A stretch of DNA of 64,000 nt from Octopus bimaculoides (GCF_001194135.2 NC_068982.1:59676998-59740997), one strand, 5' to 3'; positions 23,874-37,239 are shown, counted from the first letter of the stretch. Numbers and translations are program-made. The notes: generated by a model not told the origin, from the letters alone.

Positions 23874-25624
23874 GTGCGTACACACATTCATGAAATATTC
23901 AAATATTTTCAGATGTAATTATCATTGTTCATACATTTTCAAAATCCAGAACGGAGTCCCAAGTGTAAGAATAATGACATTGGAGTGTCTTTTAAGATTT
24001 GTCATCAAAGAATGAAATGCGACAGAGGAGGGAGAAGGAGAAGTGTGTGTGTGGCTTCATATCACATATGTCCACACACACACGCACATATATGCCTATT
24101 TATATACACACAAACATAGACATATGTATAACCGAAGGCACACACAGAACTATATTAGGATAAGTAATGCAGTTTTCTCTATAGAAAAATGTTAATGTGC
24201 TTAAACTCCCTAATGGCTATATTTCAGAGACCATATATTATATCTAACATGTATACTTTGAAAATATTTATACCAGTAAAAACACTCATTTTGCTTTTAT
24301 GAAAGAGCATTAGCAACATAAGTGAAGTGAAATGGTTCCGACTGGGAATTGACATTACATCCAAAATTCATTTTTATGCAAGCTTACCTCAACCATGTTT
24401 AAGTACAGCCCTATTATAGTAATAATGATTTCTAACACAGGCTAAAGGATTCGTCATTGAGTGAAGGGGTCAGTCGATTATCTCTACCCTAGTATGAGTA
24501 CATGACTAGAACTTTCTTTAGTCGGTTTTAGAATGATTTTATTTTTTTGGTCAGTAGAAGTGCAGCGTCCATGATCCATTTTCAGTGTTTCTAAGACTGA
24601 GGGGAGGAAACAAGCAAGATAATGGGGTCAGAGATCGAGCTTGATTGCTTCCAATTGTGTAGAATCAACTAATTGCGTTTGAAGATTAATATTTTCTTAT
24701 TTTATCAATTTTTTTCTCCGTGTAGTTATGATTATTTTTACCATTTTTACCTTTTATCAGGGCATGTTCCTCTTCCAAGAAGTCATTTTGTTTCGGATAT
24801 TAGCAAAAACAAAAAAAAATGGGTAAAAATGACACACATGTTTTCGTTTGTATGAGTGCAGACATTCACTCAGGAAGCTACTCACTGGAAATTTTCCAAA
24901 AGAAAACTCCTTGTACTGGCAAAATATTTAAAATCCTTGGAAGGTTTTGGAACATGTCTGTTCACATCAAACAGAAACCCTGGTTGATGTCTTACTTTAA
25001 CGACCCCAGAAGTGATAAAGGCACAGTTTTCTGGGGTGGAAGAAATTAAATGTAACGAAGTACTACAAGACATTTCTTTTAACACTCTAATGATTCTGTC
25101 ACCCATCACCGATTCTGTCTTTACAATAATAAGACAAAATCAAAATGGAATTCCAAAATATATCACAGAAGGGAATGGAAAGAGAAACCACTCCTGCAAG
25201 ACTCAACAGAGAGGAACTAAGCTTGAGTGAAAGCTTACTATGACTCAAAAGTTCTGGATTGGAAGTAAGAAACAGGATTGATTTCAGAGTTTCATTGGAC
25301 ATTTTACAATTACGTCATACACATGCCAGGATATAAAATAAACACAAAAATGAAATAATGAAAATAGATACTAGCAATAAGTGTCGACATAGCATCCAAT
25401 GCAGTGAGACAGTTCATTAGTTTCCCCAGTCCCTACTAATTTTGAATATTTCTATAGATGTGATTGAATCGGCAGCTATGTTCACTGCATATCATGACAA
25501 CACTTTGCCATGAAATGGATAAGTTGTACCAAACATGATACATGGTAATAACTAGACTACATCTAACTGGGACGTGCCTCACCAGGCTAACAAGAACAAG
25601 ACAACCCATTCAGTTATAATAAAA

Positions 25625-26070
25625 TAGTAATAATAATAATCCTCTCTGCTAAAGACACAAGGCAGGACTAGTTGATTACATCGACCCCAGTATTTTGCTG
25701 GTACTTAATTTATCAACTCCGAAAGGAGGAAAAGCAAAGTCGATCGAGGTGGGGTTTGAACTCAGGACATAAAAATGGACGAAATGTCGCTAAACATTTT
25801 TCCCCATGTGCTACCAATTCTGCCAGCTTGCTACCTTAAAAAAAAAAATTATAAATAATAATAATAATAATAATGGTTTCAGATGTTGGCACATGGCCAG
25901 CAATTTTGGAGGAGGGAGTAAGTCAATTAAATCAATCCCAGTGCTTAACTGGTACTTATTTTATCAACCGAGAAATGACAAAAGGCAAAGTCGACATCAG
26001 CGGAATTTGAATTCAGAGATTGAAGACGGATTAAATGCCAAGTATTTGCCCAGTATACTAAAGATTCTGC
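25625..26070 (-). mobile_element. Two tandem SINE family C copies
   Basis: gattacatcgacccc..gaactcagg..ctgccagc, then a second copy after an (aat)n tail. Confidence 0.8.
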
Positions 26071-26689
26071 CAGAAGGATCTTGACCTCTCTTGATCAGAA
26101 CATTCTTTCACAAGATGTGAAAATATTATTTAAGCACAAAGTTCTTGAAATTCAAATAAGCAGGTCAGGGAATGTGAAAGTAAAAACATTATCATTAATA
26201 AATGGAGTGCTAAGTATAATAAAGAATATACGAATAAAATCATATTGGATCGCACAATGTTATGAGATAACAAAAAGAAAACCCTGCCAGGCAAAGCCTT
26301 CATGCAGCATAAGGCATATTCACCTCAACAGCACTTATAAAAAGTGTGTGCTCTCTTTTAAAAGGTGGAAAGCCCCATGCAATGCATACTTGATGTAATC
26401 ACAAACAAAGACTTTTACACAACACGTACAATACAATCACTGTGCAATGAAATAAGACAACACATACCTTACATAACTGATGTCCAGCCCTCAATCGCAA
26501 ATAACATGCACAATTATCTGCAATTGTCTCCCAATAATAACACAATTCATTCAGTATATACTCTATGCAATCATCGTCCGACACTAAAACACCACCACTT
26601 ATATAACTCATACGAGACACAAAATCTATCTTAGAAAATAATACAGTTCACATTGTATGACACTACACACACAAAAAAACCCCAAAAGG

Positions 26690-27250
26690 GCTTTAATGAG
26701 ACCAAAGTTAGAATCCTAACCCCATTTGCTAAGTTATAAAGCTACTGCTACAAGAGAACTGTGTATGTTTCACGTGTACATTCTATTTATCAATCAATTG
26801 GCATGCAGACAGCCACACCACAAAATTACAAAACAAAAGAAAATGTTCTTGAGATTCACACTCTTTTCTCTAGTTATAGGTTCTTTGGTAGTAAACATCT
26901 TCACAGAGGATTAAAGCAACCAGGAAACCCAGGAAACCCAGGAAACACATATCTCACCTCCCACATTCTTCTTTCCCACACACATTCTTTCCTCTCAAAC
27001 AAACCAAACCAGACCAGAGCAGGACTTTAGTGAGATTTGACAGATTTACATTCCCTTGTCTCTCATTCCAAGATAACCAATGACTGAGCAAACACAGTTA
27101 AAGACACATTTCACTCTTGCCCCTAAGCAAGCCAGAATTGTGAGTAGATTCAGATAAACTCACATCTCAAAATGCAAGATCAACTTGTTCCTGTTCATCA
27201 AGAAAGCAATTAATGACTAGAATTTAGACACCATGAAAAAGTCGATCACT
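26690..27250 (+). mobile_element. Decayed CR1/L2/Jockey-like LINE C-terminal remnant
   Basis: ALMRPKLES.. and KCKINLFLFIKKAIND*N resemble the SLVRP.LEY and FF.R.I.DWN.L motifs; heavily stopped. Confidence 0.4.
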
Positions 27251-27295
27251 ACATCCTAAGTCTCTTTACCAGTAAGTATCTGAAAAATCCTTTGA

Positions 27296-27469
27296 CAGTG
27301 TGGTAAGAAGTTTGCTTCCCAACCACATGGTTTCAGGTTCAGTCCCACTACGTGGCACCTTGAGCAAGTGTCTTCTACTATAGCCTTGGGCCCACCATAG
27401 CCTTGTGAGTGGATTTGGTAGACAGAAACCGAAAGAAGCCCATCGTATGTGTATATATATGTGTGTGTG

Positions 27470-27480
<11 letters not shown>
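27296..27480 (+). mobile_element. SINE family A 5' part ending in microsatellite
   Basis: gtgtggtaagaagtttgcttcccaaccacatgg..ggttcagtcccac..gagtggatttggtagac. Confidence 0.85.
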
Positions 27481-27508
<28 letters not shown>

Positions 27509-27989
27509 ACCAGAATAAAATAATGGGTAGTAATAAAAAGTATTTATATTTTCAATTAGATGGTAATTGTATTAGCAATACTAGATGAGAAAATAATGAC
27601 TGTGTTTCAAATCCACCCACCAAATGTCACTGCATGGCCACAGAAGTATATCTACCAGAAAATATTTACCCCAAGAAAGACTTTTTTTTAAATAACTACT
27701 TCAGAACTACAAAATATCGAGTAAATAATAAAGGGAAACTAACAGAAATAGCTAAAAATATTTCTGTACTCTGATAAATAATACACAGATGTAAGTAATA
27801 TGGTAAAACAAAATAAATTAGGAAATTTAAAATGAGGTTACAAAATGTCATGTTTAAATGTTGTCAAGTAAAACTCTTACATAAAGAAGAAGTGATGTCG
27901 AGAATATTTTCAGTATTAGCTGAGAAGTGCAAGGCTCAAAGATGAAATTAAAAGGGTTTTGTACACGGCTAGAATGTGAAATGAAGCAG

Positions 27990-28501
27990 GGTATAAACAA
28001 AATATGTGGAGATTGTAACAAAACAAACAAATTTTCTCTGGTTAATTAGTCTGAGTCAAAAAGGAGAATGTACAAATACAGACATGGCAGACTTCGAGAT
28101 ATCAACCAATAGAAACCATATCAGTATTCAGAAATACCCACAAAAACGAAGTAATACAAACACATTCCACAAAACATTTCAGATAATGACTAAGTGACTA
28201 AACTCTGGAATTTGTCATTTCGTACATATGTGGAGTTTAAGGCAAGTATTGATATTATTGTTAAAGTCAGCCCAAAAAATAAATAAATAGACAAATAAAA
28301 AAATAACTGCTTCCTAATCGATTTATTAATCCCAACAGATGACAATATCTCTTGACAAATGGTGGAGAAAATATCTACGTATTATGATCTGCAAGTAGAG
28401 ATATCTACAATGTCCCAAATTAAAAACAAAATGCGATCTCTATAATAAAACATAGCTTTGAGAATGATATAAGGAGATACAATAATCTCTCTCTCCCTAC
28501 A

Positions 28502-28544
<43 letters not shown>

Positions 28545-28790
28545 NNNNNNNNNNATATATATGTATATTGTAACATCCAATATATTATTTTATTTTTGTT
28601 CTCATATTTCCCTTTATACTTCCTATATCTCTCCCTTTCCAAAATAAATTCCTATATTGAACTCTACTATTCCCTTCTATTTAACTCTCTCATAGTGTCT
28701 CTGATGATGGGATATCCCTCATTTCCCTGACATAGATGTAAAACTATCTTTCTCTTTATAAATGTCTGAGAAATTTCACACTGCCTTAGC
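27990..28790 (+). mobile_element. Penelope-like element 3' remnant (GIY-YIG-like fragment plus decayed HHR)
   Basis: ICGDCNK..KRRMYKYRH/QTSRYQPIETISV; then (TA)n and a CTGATGA-containing terminal repeat at ~28697-28748. Confidence 0.45.
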
Positions 28791-29112
28791 TTTTTTAGAA
28801 ATAATACATTTCTAAATCTCTCAGAGAGATTTATGCAGTAGTGATACGATGAAGTAGTTGTATGCTGTCAACTTAATGTGACAGTCCCCTCTGGGTGCAG
28901 GCTTAGCTGGGTGGAGGTGCTTGTCTCCCCCTTGTAAACATAAGAACACAGGAAATGCGTCAAGGCCGACAGGAAGCAGTGCAGCTTCCTAGGTCTAACC
29001 AACAGTAGTATTATTCCCTTCAGGAGACTGTCACATTAAGTTGACAGTATACAACTACTTCAATGCCTTAGCTTTATTGTCCCATTTTGTTATTATTATT
29101 ATTATTTATATA

Positions 29113-29850
29113 TGAGGTCTGATCAATAAGTATCCGGACTGCCACCCTACTAATGAAGCTAAAGCACGCAGAGTGAAGCCGCTGGACAAAGAGTGACCTT
29201 GAAATTTGCAGTGCATGTGCACTAAGTTTTAACATTCTAGCATACTTCCGCTGTTTACAGCAGAGCTTCGAAGGAAGGTGTGTAGCTTGTGATCGTCGCA
29301 TTGACCATGACAGAAAATGTCACAGTGATACCTGCTCAGAGGCCTATGAAAAGTTGCAGAAAGTGTATGGAGAGGGGTGTATGAGATGCATGCAAGTATG
29401 AGTGATTCAGATGTGTCCTAGATGATCAGAAAAATGTCGATATTGACGAATGTTCTGGGAGACCTGCAATCAACAGAACTGAGAAAAACATCGCAGCTGT
29501 GAGGGGAAATCGTTGGATCACCATCCATGAGTTATCAGAGAATGTGCAGATTAGTTACAGTTCAGTTCAGTGCAATATTACTGAAGATTTGGGTATAAGA
29601 CGCATGTTTGCCAAGTTTGTGCCAAAACTGCTTTAAGCTGACCAAAACAACACTCAGGTTTCAGTTGCACAAGATCTCCATGATTGTGTTGGGAATGACG
29701 AAAACTTTTTTGAAAACTTTGTAGGCCTCTGAGCTGGTATCACCTAGCTTTTGGTGAAATTTGATGCAGATTCTCTGCTCAGCTTTCTGTCATGGTCAAT
29801 GCGATGATCACATGCTACACACCTTCCTTCCAAGCACTGCTGTAAACATG
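29113..29850 (+). mobile_element. Mariner 5' fragment with inverted duplication (palindromic derivative)
   Basis: TA + tgaggtctgatcaataagtatccggact TIR; CSEAYEKLQKVYGEG..SGRP..ITIHELSE..LGIRRMFAKFVPKLL; 29721-29848 is the reverse complement of ~29250-29347. Confidence 0.85.
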
Positions 29851-29869
29851 CACCTACCTTCTACAATAA

Positions 29870-30900
29870 TTGCTCAAAGGTTAAAGCATGCAGGAATGAT
29901 CAGAATGAACTTTTGACTGATAGACCAGGTTCTGATAAGTAGCCTTTCAATATGACCATCAGACAGACTGCAGCCACATCGGAATCTTACTAAGATGTTG
30001 GATTAAATGAGGTGGTGATTGTTTTGGATGGATCTGCTCGGGATCCCAGTTTTGTGAAACACTAAATAATGAAGATAAACACTAACCTTTTTCTGAATAA
30101 CCTAACCTTTAATTCGTTAAATCTGTTTAGTAGATTTATAATTTGAAATCATAAATCATCTTGCTCTGCTACATGTTCTTCCTCTCCATTGTCATTATTC
30201 TCAGGTTGACATATCTGGTAACGTGTGTTCACTCCGAGATGTCTCCATGCTTACATTCAGAAGCCCCCTTCATAAAGATAACAGCAAACCTACTGTTGTT
30301 ACCCTTGTCTTAACAAATCATTTTCTTCATTTCAGCTGCACAAATGTTTATCTATCAGATACTCATGTTGCAATGGTATTTTTTTAGCAACTTGTTCAGG
30401 ATTAAATAACATGTAAACACCAACTAATTCATAAGAGGTTGATGACTGATCTTATTTCTTTTATGATTTGTTGTAAATCTTCTCTAGGCGGGTTTCCAAG
30501 TAACCTTATCTTACAGTAGACACATCACATCTAAAATTAGTAATTTATTCTTCAGTTTCTTCTGCAATGTCTTTTTGGAAGTGTAATCCCTTCCTCCATA
30601 TTGATGTACTGACGATTTTCTTCAAATATTTTTCTCCATTATGTTTAAATTGAACCGTTTACATGAAGCTATCATGTTGCAAAATATTTTTACTCAGAGA
30701 GTCCTCGAGTTTGTTACTGCTATTTTTCTTTATATATTCGTGTTAAGACATATTTCACTCTAAGTACATTCGGACGTGGAAAGACCTTTTGCTGCATAAA
30801 TAATCTCAGAAGAAAATTCTCTTGCTATACAACATGGGTGAAAACATGTTGGATTGTGAATGACATGCATTTCTGTGTTTTGTATCATTAGCTATGAAAA
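29870..30900 (-). pseudogene. Decayed hAT-like transposase remnant
   Basis: Frameshifted minus frames AAEMKKMIC..SRFAVIF..HVTRYVN and ILKGYLSEPGLSVKS resemble hAT/ZMYM1-like transposase motifs; many stops. Confidence 0.45.
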
Positions 30901-32178
30901 ACAAATCTGCCTTTCACAGCCAGAAAAGAATGATTCATTTTTATGTTACAGCATCAAGCAATGCATTCACTGATATGTGCAGAGATGGGTCAAAGTAGAA
31001 TTAATTAACTGAAGTTGCGTGTTTTTAAAAACAACTGTTTTATTGTCACTGTTTAATAACAGTAAAGGTAAAAATCCTGATAGGACAGATTTATGATCTA
31101 AGCCATTCCAACAATAGATATTCCATCTTAATTTCTTCGTATATAATGTAATATCCAATATGCTCTTTTTTTTATGATGATGGGACGTAAATTGAGAGAT
31201 ATTTTACAGCTACTGCCAGCAGGTCAGGCAGTCACCCGATGGTTCCATCGTGGCCTTTGTTGTTGTTAGACATGTAGTCACATATACCCAAAGTATTATG
31301 TGGCACATGTATTATCATTTCTGTTTGATATATTTCTGAACTTTGCTGTCCTTGTTTGATGTGCTTGTGTTACTTTTTGTTATGTGTGACTGTGATACCT
31401 TCTATGTTTTATATAAATTGTTTTATTCTCTATTATAAGTGTGATCATGTTACTGTTTGTGTCTGCTTACAAATGAGTCATTTTCTATTATATGTGTTGT
31501 GTTACTGACCCTATTTAATTCATATGTCTTATTTTCCTATTATTTTGTGTGATAGTATTCCTATATACATTTGATATGTATATATGCCTATGATAGTATT
31601 GTTCTTTGTATTTGATATTTTTTTTTATTTTCTAATATATACGTGTATTGTTCTCTGTATTTGATATATTCATAATATTTTCTAGTATGTGTGCAAGTGC
31701 TTCTACCAGTGTCTGCTCTAGTTGTCAATTGAAAATTCTTAGAAGCATTCAAAACAATGAAATATTCCTCCTCCACCAAGAAAGGAGGTAGCTAACACTA
31801 TTAACGAAGTCATTACCCATTATTTTCGTAGTAACAACACTGCCAAAGATTCTGCAAGAAGATAAAGCAGAATATTTTTTAAAAAGGTAAAAACAGGAAA
31901 CCAATACTTTTACCCACCAGAATATAAAAATTTCAAATTTTGACCAGCATGCTTTTGGATATATTAATAAAATAAAAGCTCAACATTTCATTTATATTAA
32001 AAAAAGCATTAACAAGTCGCTAATCCAAACAGGAATGGTTTGAAGTCATCTTGTTATATAATAATCATTATCTAATAATTGATAATACTAACAGTGACAT
32101 TAGTAGTATAGTTAATTATTAAATTTTGCATAGGTACAAGGCCACACTTTTTATTGGAGGAAGAATTCAATTTAATAC

Positions 32179-32357
32179 CAAATCATTATTATCCACAAGT
32201 GTGGTGTAGCCATCAAAAGTCATTGACATCTTGCACTTTGAATATTTTGGGCTGCTAGTCAGCAAGGCATCACTCAGAAGCAGACACAATTCATTTTTAG
32301 CTGAGAGGAAGAGGTGTAATGAAAAATTGTTTTGCCCATCTTGTCCAGAAGTCAAAC
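32179..32357 (-). other. Candidate coding exon or TE remnant, unidentified
   Basis: Acceptor aatttgtag, donor ttg|gtatta, 179 nt open as LTSGQDG..KMSMTFDGYTTLVDNNDL; the SMTFDGYT motif might be hAT-derived. Confidence 0.25.
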
Positions 32358-33355
32358 CTACAAATTTATAATTGTAAGCTCAATAACCTCGCCACCAGTT
32401 CATAAACCTTCAGTGAAGAGATGATAAATTAAGTCAAACCCAATAGGATTTGAAATTAAAGTGTAAAGAGATGAATCTTCAACTAATAACGACAACAATT
32501 ATTATGATTAATATAAAAATGTTAAAGACCCACCCACCATTGATTTCAAATACGGGCATTCGGTTGTTTGGTCAATGTCCTAGACTCATTAAATTAATGT
32601 GTAAGTGGCTGCATATTCCACAAACACTTTCAGGCTGAAATGGTATGGCATATGTGAGAAAGTCGGACCATTGAATTATGGGTATTCTCCATTCAACAAG
32701 CTTCCACACCGTTTCTGACCACCCAATTTCACTCACAAATGTTGGGTTGACCTGAGATTACAGTAAAAGATACTTGATCAAGATATCACATTGTGAGATT
32801 GAACCTGAAGCATCATAACTGTCATGCTGGTCTTTGTACAAGCACAGAATAGCATAAACAGTTGAGCACAAGGCAATACAATATTTAACTTTGCTCTTCG
32901 CTTATTCAGATTCCATGGAGATCATGTGTACTTCTTTTTACTCTGGAGTCTATATAAAATGTACCAGTAAGACATTGTATTTTATTAAAATCATCTACAC
33001 ACATTTTTGTATACATTTGTGGCCTTGTACCAGTAAAACATTATTATTACTATTAAAAAGATTAGTTGTTTATAAATGAAAGCAAGCTAAATATTTACGT
33101 ATATATTCTCTAAATATTTATGTCTTTGAAATGCATCAAGGAAATTCAGAAAAATATCTGGAAAATTTCTTTTCTTTTTCTTATTTTTTCTTTCTTTCTT
33201 GGTTAATTTTCTTCTTTTGACTTGTAGAATATGTTGGTGAAGTGATCAAATAGGAATATATAGGTAGAATGTCAATTAAGTGCATCAAGACATGACATCT
33301 CATGGGGTTTGCACATATCATTTTAACCCAATCTTAGTTATCTGTTGGATAGTTG

Positions 33356-33509
33356 TCACAGACTGATGCAACAGAATGCTAAGTTGCTAATAAAAGAATC
33401 CTCATCACAGACCATGAGACAGTCTGCAGGGGAATTAACGATAAGATCTCTCAGAGCAATTATCTGCACAATGCTTTCTACTCCCTCTTCGAAGCTTGAC
33501 AAGTTTAAC
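33356..33509 (-). other. Candidate exon, unidentified
   Basis: Strong acceptor cttttcatcttatttcag; frame LNLSSFEEGVESIVQIIALRDLIVNSPADCLMVCDEDSFISNLAFCCISL*; no clear donor. Confidence 0.25.
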
Positions 33510-34729
33510 CTGAAATAAGATGAAAAGGTGTGGTGGAAATTGGCTAAAAGCCAAAGCACTAACTTTAGTTAAAAGAAGAAGAAAGAAAAAAAAAGAGATA
33601 GAAAGACAGAAACAAAGAGATACTGAGTTTAAAAGACAGAGAGGAGCATATACATAGAAAGCAAAAACCAAAAACCACATCGCGAGGTAGTAAGTAAAAG
33701 AGACAACTTGAAGATAACTTTACTACATAACGCTTTTACTGCAGCAGTGCAATGGAAAATTGGGCTGCTTTACTTTTAAGTAGAAATATCTAAATGAATG
33801 AGAAATTCATGAAGGAACCCATCACATTTTCTAGCCAGGCATTTCAGGGCATGTAGGCATGGTGCCAATACCATCTTTAATAATATTAAAGCTTGTCTAA
33901 TCCCAGAAAAAGCTACAGAATATTTTTGCATGCAACACTTTCTATTTAATGTAATTGGTTCTGCTTTAACCACCGAATATTAATTTCCATTTCTACTTCT
34001 TAGAATTATATTATTTTGATTGGAGTCACAGCAGGAAAGAGCAAATGACACTCAATATATTTTCAGGTAGACATTTTCCTTTTTTCTTTTTTTTTTTTAA
34101 TTTATATATTCAATGTTGCTAACGGTAGTAAAGATTATGAAATAGCATCTATTATGATAAAAGGATGACATCCTAAAAGGATACTATGAGTACTTAACTG
34201 AACTGAAGTATCTATAAGTAAGGTTTTATTTTTCACATGCAATTATTTAAAATTTTTATCATATGTCAAAAATGATTTGCAGTGTTGAGAATGTTTAGAA
34301 TCTGCCAATATCACCTGAATACATTCCAAAGCTTGGTCATCATTGGTACTTGAAATAAACGTCTCTCTCTCTATCTCTCTCTCTCTCTCTCTCTANNNNN
34401 NNNNNNNNNNNNNNNNNNNNNNNNNNNNNNNNNNNNNNNNNNNNNNNNNNNNNNNNNNNNNNNNNNNNNNNNNNNNNNNNNNNNNNNNNNNNNNTGATTA
34501 ACAATCCAGGAAAAAATACTTCATAAGCTCTCTGTTAGTACACTACACTAACAATATTGTTAAGGTTAGTAAAGAACATTGTGTATTCATGTGATAGAAT
34601 CCAATGTTATAATTCATCACCATTCTATACAGTAAATCCGTGGTTCTGCTCTAGTTATGTTCTTTTTACATTGAGTGATATACAAGACAAGGCATAAATA
34701 ATGGTCATTACATATTTTTTCCTTTATTG

Positions 34730-34809
34730 CAGTGAATTTTACTTACAGCTGTTTCCAGTAGTCTTTATAGGTTTGTTCTTGATAGGTTTACTCCTCAGTC
34801 AGTCCACTG
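34730..34809 (-). ncRNA. Decayed type I hammerhead ribozyme motif
   Basis: Minus: CTGAGGA GTA..TAC TG GAAAC AGCT GTA; stems I and II are imperfect next to the core. Confidence 0.5.
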
Positions 34810-35259
34810 ACTGGTTGCGAAAAATTGAACAACCTAAAAAAAATTAATGCTACTTCCATTAGTCATTTCTGGATTTATATATATATATAGTGTGTGTGTG
34901 TGTGCATTATCTTTGGTAACACAAAATCTGGTAAGTTATCTTTAGTATTTACTTCATTTTAAAAAATATATTGAAGCTACTTGCAACAGACAATTTAACC
35001 CCATAATTACTACTAATAAGAACCGATGTTACTACTGTTTTTAACTACAGGAGGGTTTTTTCTTTTGTAGGGCATAAGACATGCATATTGTATTGAAGAT
35101 ACACAGGAATGGTTGCTAGTTATTGTCTTCAGTCAATTTTCGGTGTACAGTTGGTTTCAGCACTGAATGCAAACAAAAGAGTACAATCATACAAAACTCA
35201 TAACATACCATAACTGTTGTTTAGTTCTAAGTCAGCCTTGGTCAATCAGACTTGGGATC

Positions 35260-35830
35260 AAAAACACCTGGATATGACCGTGCTATTCTTCCAAGTAGTG
35301 TCTCTAAGATTACGCTATCCTTCTTGCAGATTTGATAGCTCATTCACCCATTTTTATGTTGAATACAATGACAAACTGTGCAACTCCAAGGTACTTACCT
35401 AGGTACCTGACTTGAACTGAGAAGAATTAGTATCTTTACTTGAAAGACATTGTAATATCCTGCATATAATGTTTGTAAAGCAAATTTTAGAGGTAATATT
35501 TGATTTCGGAATACCGATGAACTTTTATGTAAATGTATCAACTTAAAGGACAAACATATTACAATGGATATTACAATGGATATTACAATGGATAATACCA
35601 AGTGGACTTCCCCTTTTTCTCTCTCCTGTTTCTCTCTCTTTTTCTTTTTTCTTGGTAATTTCTTCTTTGTGATATAATCTTGGGAAAGAATATATTTGCG
35701 GCTGAAGATAGCTTTATACCATCCTGTCTATCAATTATATACCCATATAATGATGCAACGATGGTTTGCGTATAAAGCTTGAAACACGTGTACCACAGAA
35801 TCCTTTGTGTTCTGTTTTAATTTTGCATTT
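35260..35830 (+). mobile_element. Penelope-like 3' remnant ending in an HHR
   Basis: LDMT..LRLRY and PAYNVCK..RNTDELLCKC fragments resemble the PLE GIY-YIG C-terminus; HHR at 35697. Confidence 0.4.
35697..35797 (+). ncRNA. Near-intact type I hammerhead ribozyme
   Basis: TGCGG CTGAAGA T AGCTTTATAC [50 nt] GTATAAAGCT T GAAAC ACGT GTA CCACA; 10-bp perfect stem II, palindromic CACGTG stem III, GUA triplet; U-U at 10.1/11.1. Confidence 0.75.
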
Positions 35831-36795
35831 TTAATTTATAATATTTGTAATGTAGTAAATACTTTCAAATTTTTAACTGTTAGGTCAGAACCCTGTTAAA
35901 TCTGGGGGCTGCAACTACTCTTTCTAGCATCAACATTCTTAATTTCAAGCAGGTTATCTGTTCATTGTGTTTGCTTTACTCCATTGCTTTCTTTATAAAT
36001 ATTCATGGTATTGTATCTATGCCCACCTATCAATATAATTGCAATTTGTATACCATATACTGCAATGTGGGAAATATATCATATAAAGTGTGCATTTGTA
36101 TAACACCATGTCTGCAGCTTGTCATTGGTAAACAAAAGATAAATTTGTTTTATTTTAAAATGGATAAAAAAAAATCCCTTTTCCTCTAAAGAGTTTATTA
36201 ATCTCCTATTAAAAAAAAAGAGTAAACTTTATAATGGCTAGTATAACCTTTAAATGTCAATACATTTTAACATGCAGCTGCATGCAAATGCATATGAAGA
36301 CAAATAGTCAAGTATTTGAATTCACAGAGTAGCAGATGGGACAATCCTATTTGGATAGCAAGCATGTTTGTGTAGTTTTAACCTATATTTAAAACACTGA
36401 GTACAAATTCCATCAGAAACATATGCTATACAAGGTAAAACCAGAAAGATTATCTGGATATATGACTGCATATATATATATTTTTTCGTTTTCTTTTACT
36501 TGTGTCAGTCATTTGACTGTGACCATGATGGAGCACCACCTTTTGTCGAACAAATCAACCCCAGGACTTATTTGTATATATATATATTGTATATATATAT
36601 ATATATATATATNNNNNNNNNNNNNNNNNNNNNNNNNNNNNNNNNNNNNNNNNNNNNNNNNNNNNNNNNNNNNNNNNNNNNNNNNNNNNNNNNNNNNNNN
36701 NNNNNNNNNNNNNNNNNNNNNNNNNNNNNNNNNNNNNNNNNNNNNNNNNNNNNNNNNNNNNNNNNNNNNNNNNNNNNNNNNNNNNNNNNNNNNNN

Positions 36796-36834
<39 letters not shown>

Positions 36835-36854
36835 AATCCTGTCCAATATTTGTT

Positions 36855-37010
36855 AGGGCAGTGAGCTGGGAGAATCATTAGCATGTCAGGGAAAATACGT
36901 AGTGGCACTTAATCTGCCTTCACGTTCTGAGTTCAAATTCTGCCAAGGACAACTTTGCTTTCATCCCTTCAGTGTCAATAAAATAAGTATCAGATGAGTG
37001 CTTGTGTCAA
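36855..37010 (+). mobile_element. SINE family C 5' part
   Basis: gtgagctgggagaatcattagc..ttctgagttcaaattctgccaagg. Confidence 0.75.
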
Positions 37011-37239
37011 AATCTGAGACCAATATTAGTGACATAAATCTTCTGGCACTTCCATTCATTTGTTTGTAATGACCAATTAATTAACATGTAAAGGGTTTTT
37101 ATAAGGAGAAAGCACAAGCATGGATTATCTTCAGTTCAGGAATTTGGTCTGAATGTTTGTATCAGAGTTTTTTTTGTTTTATTTTATTGGTTTGGTATAG
37201 AGGGAAAAGCTATTCCCATGACTGGTGAATCTTGGAACC

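Noticed and set aside
31180-31290. Possible exon reading QSPDGSIVAFV or MMMGRKL..CCC
   Set aside because: It resembles a dispersed repeat also seen near 9490 and 51470 (gagagattt..cagcaggtc).
36395-36430. CTGAGTA..GAAACATATGC hammerhead-like string (similar at 46720-46760)
   Set aside because: Core substitutions plus no stem I or II pairing.
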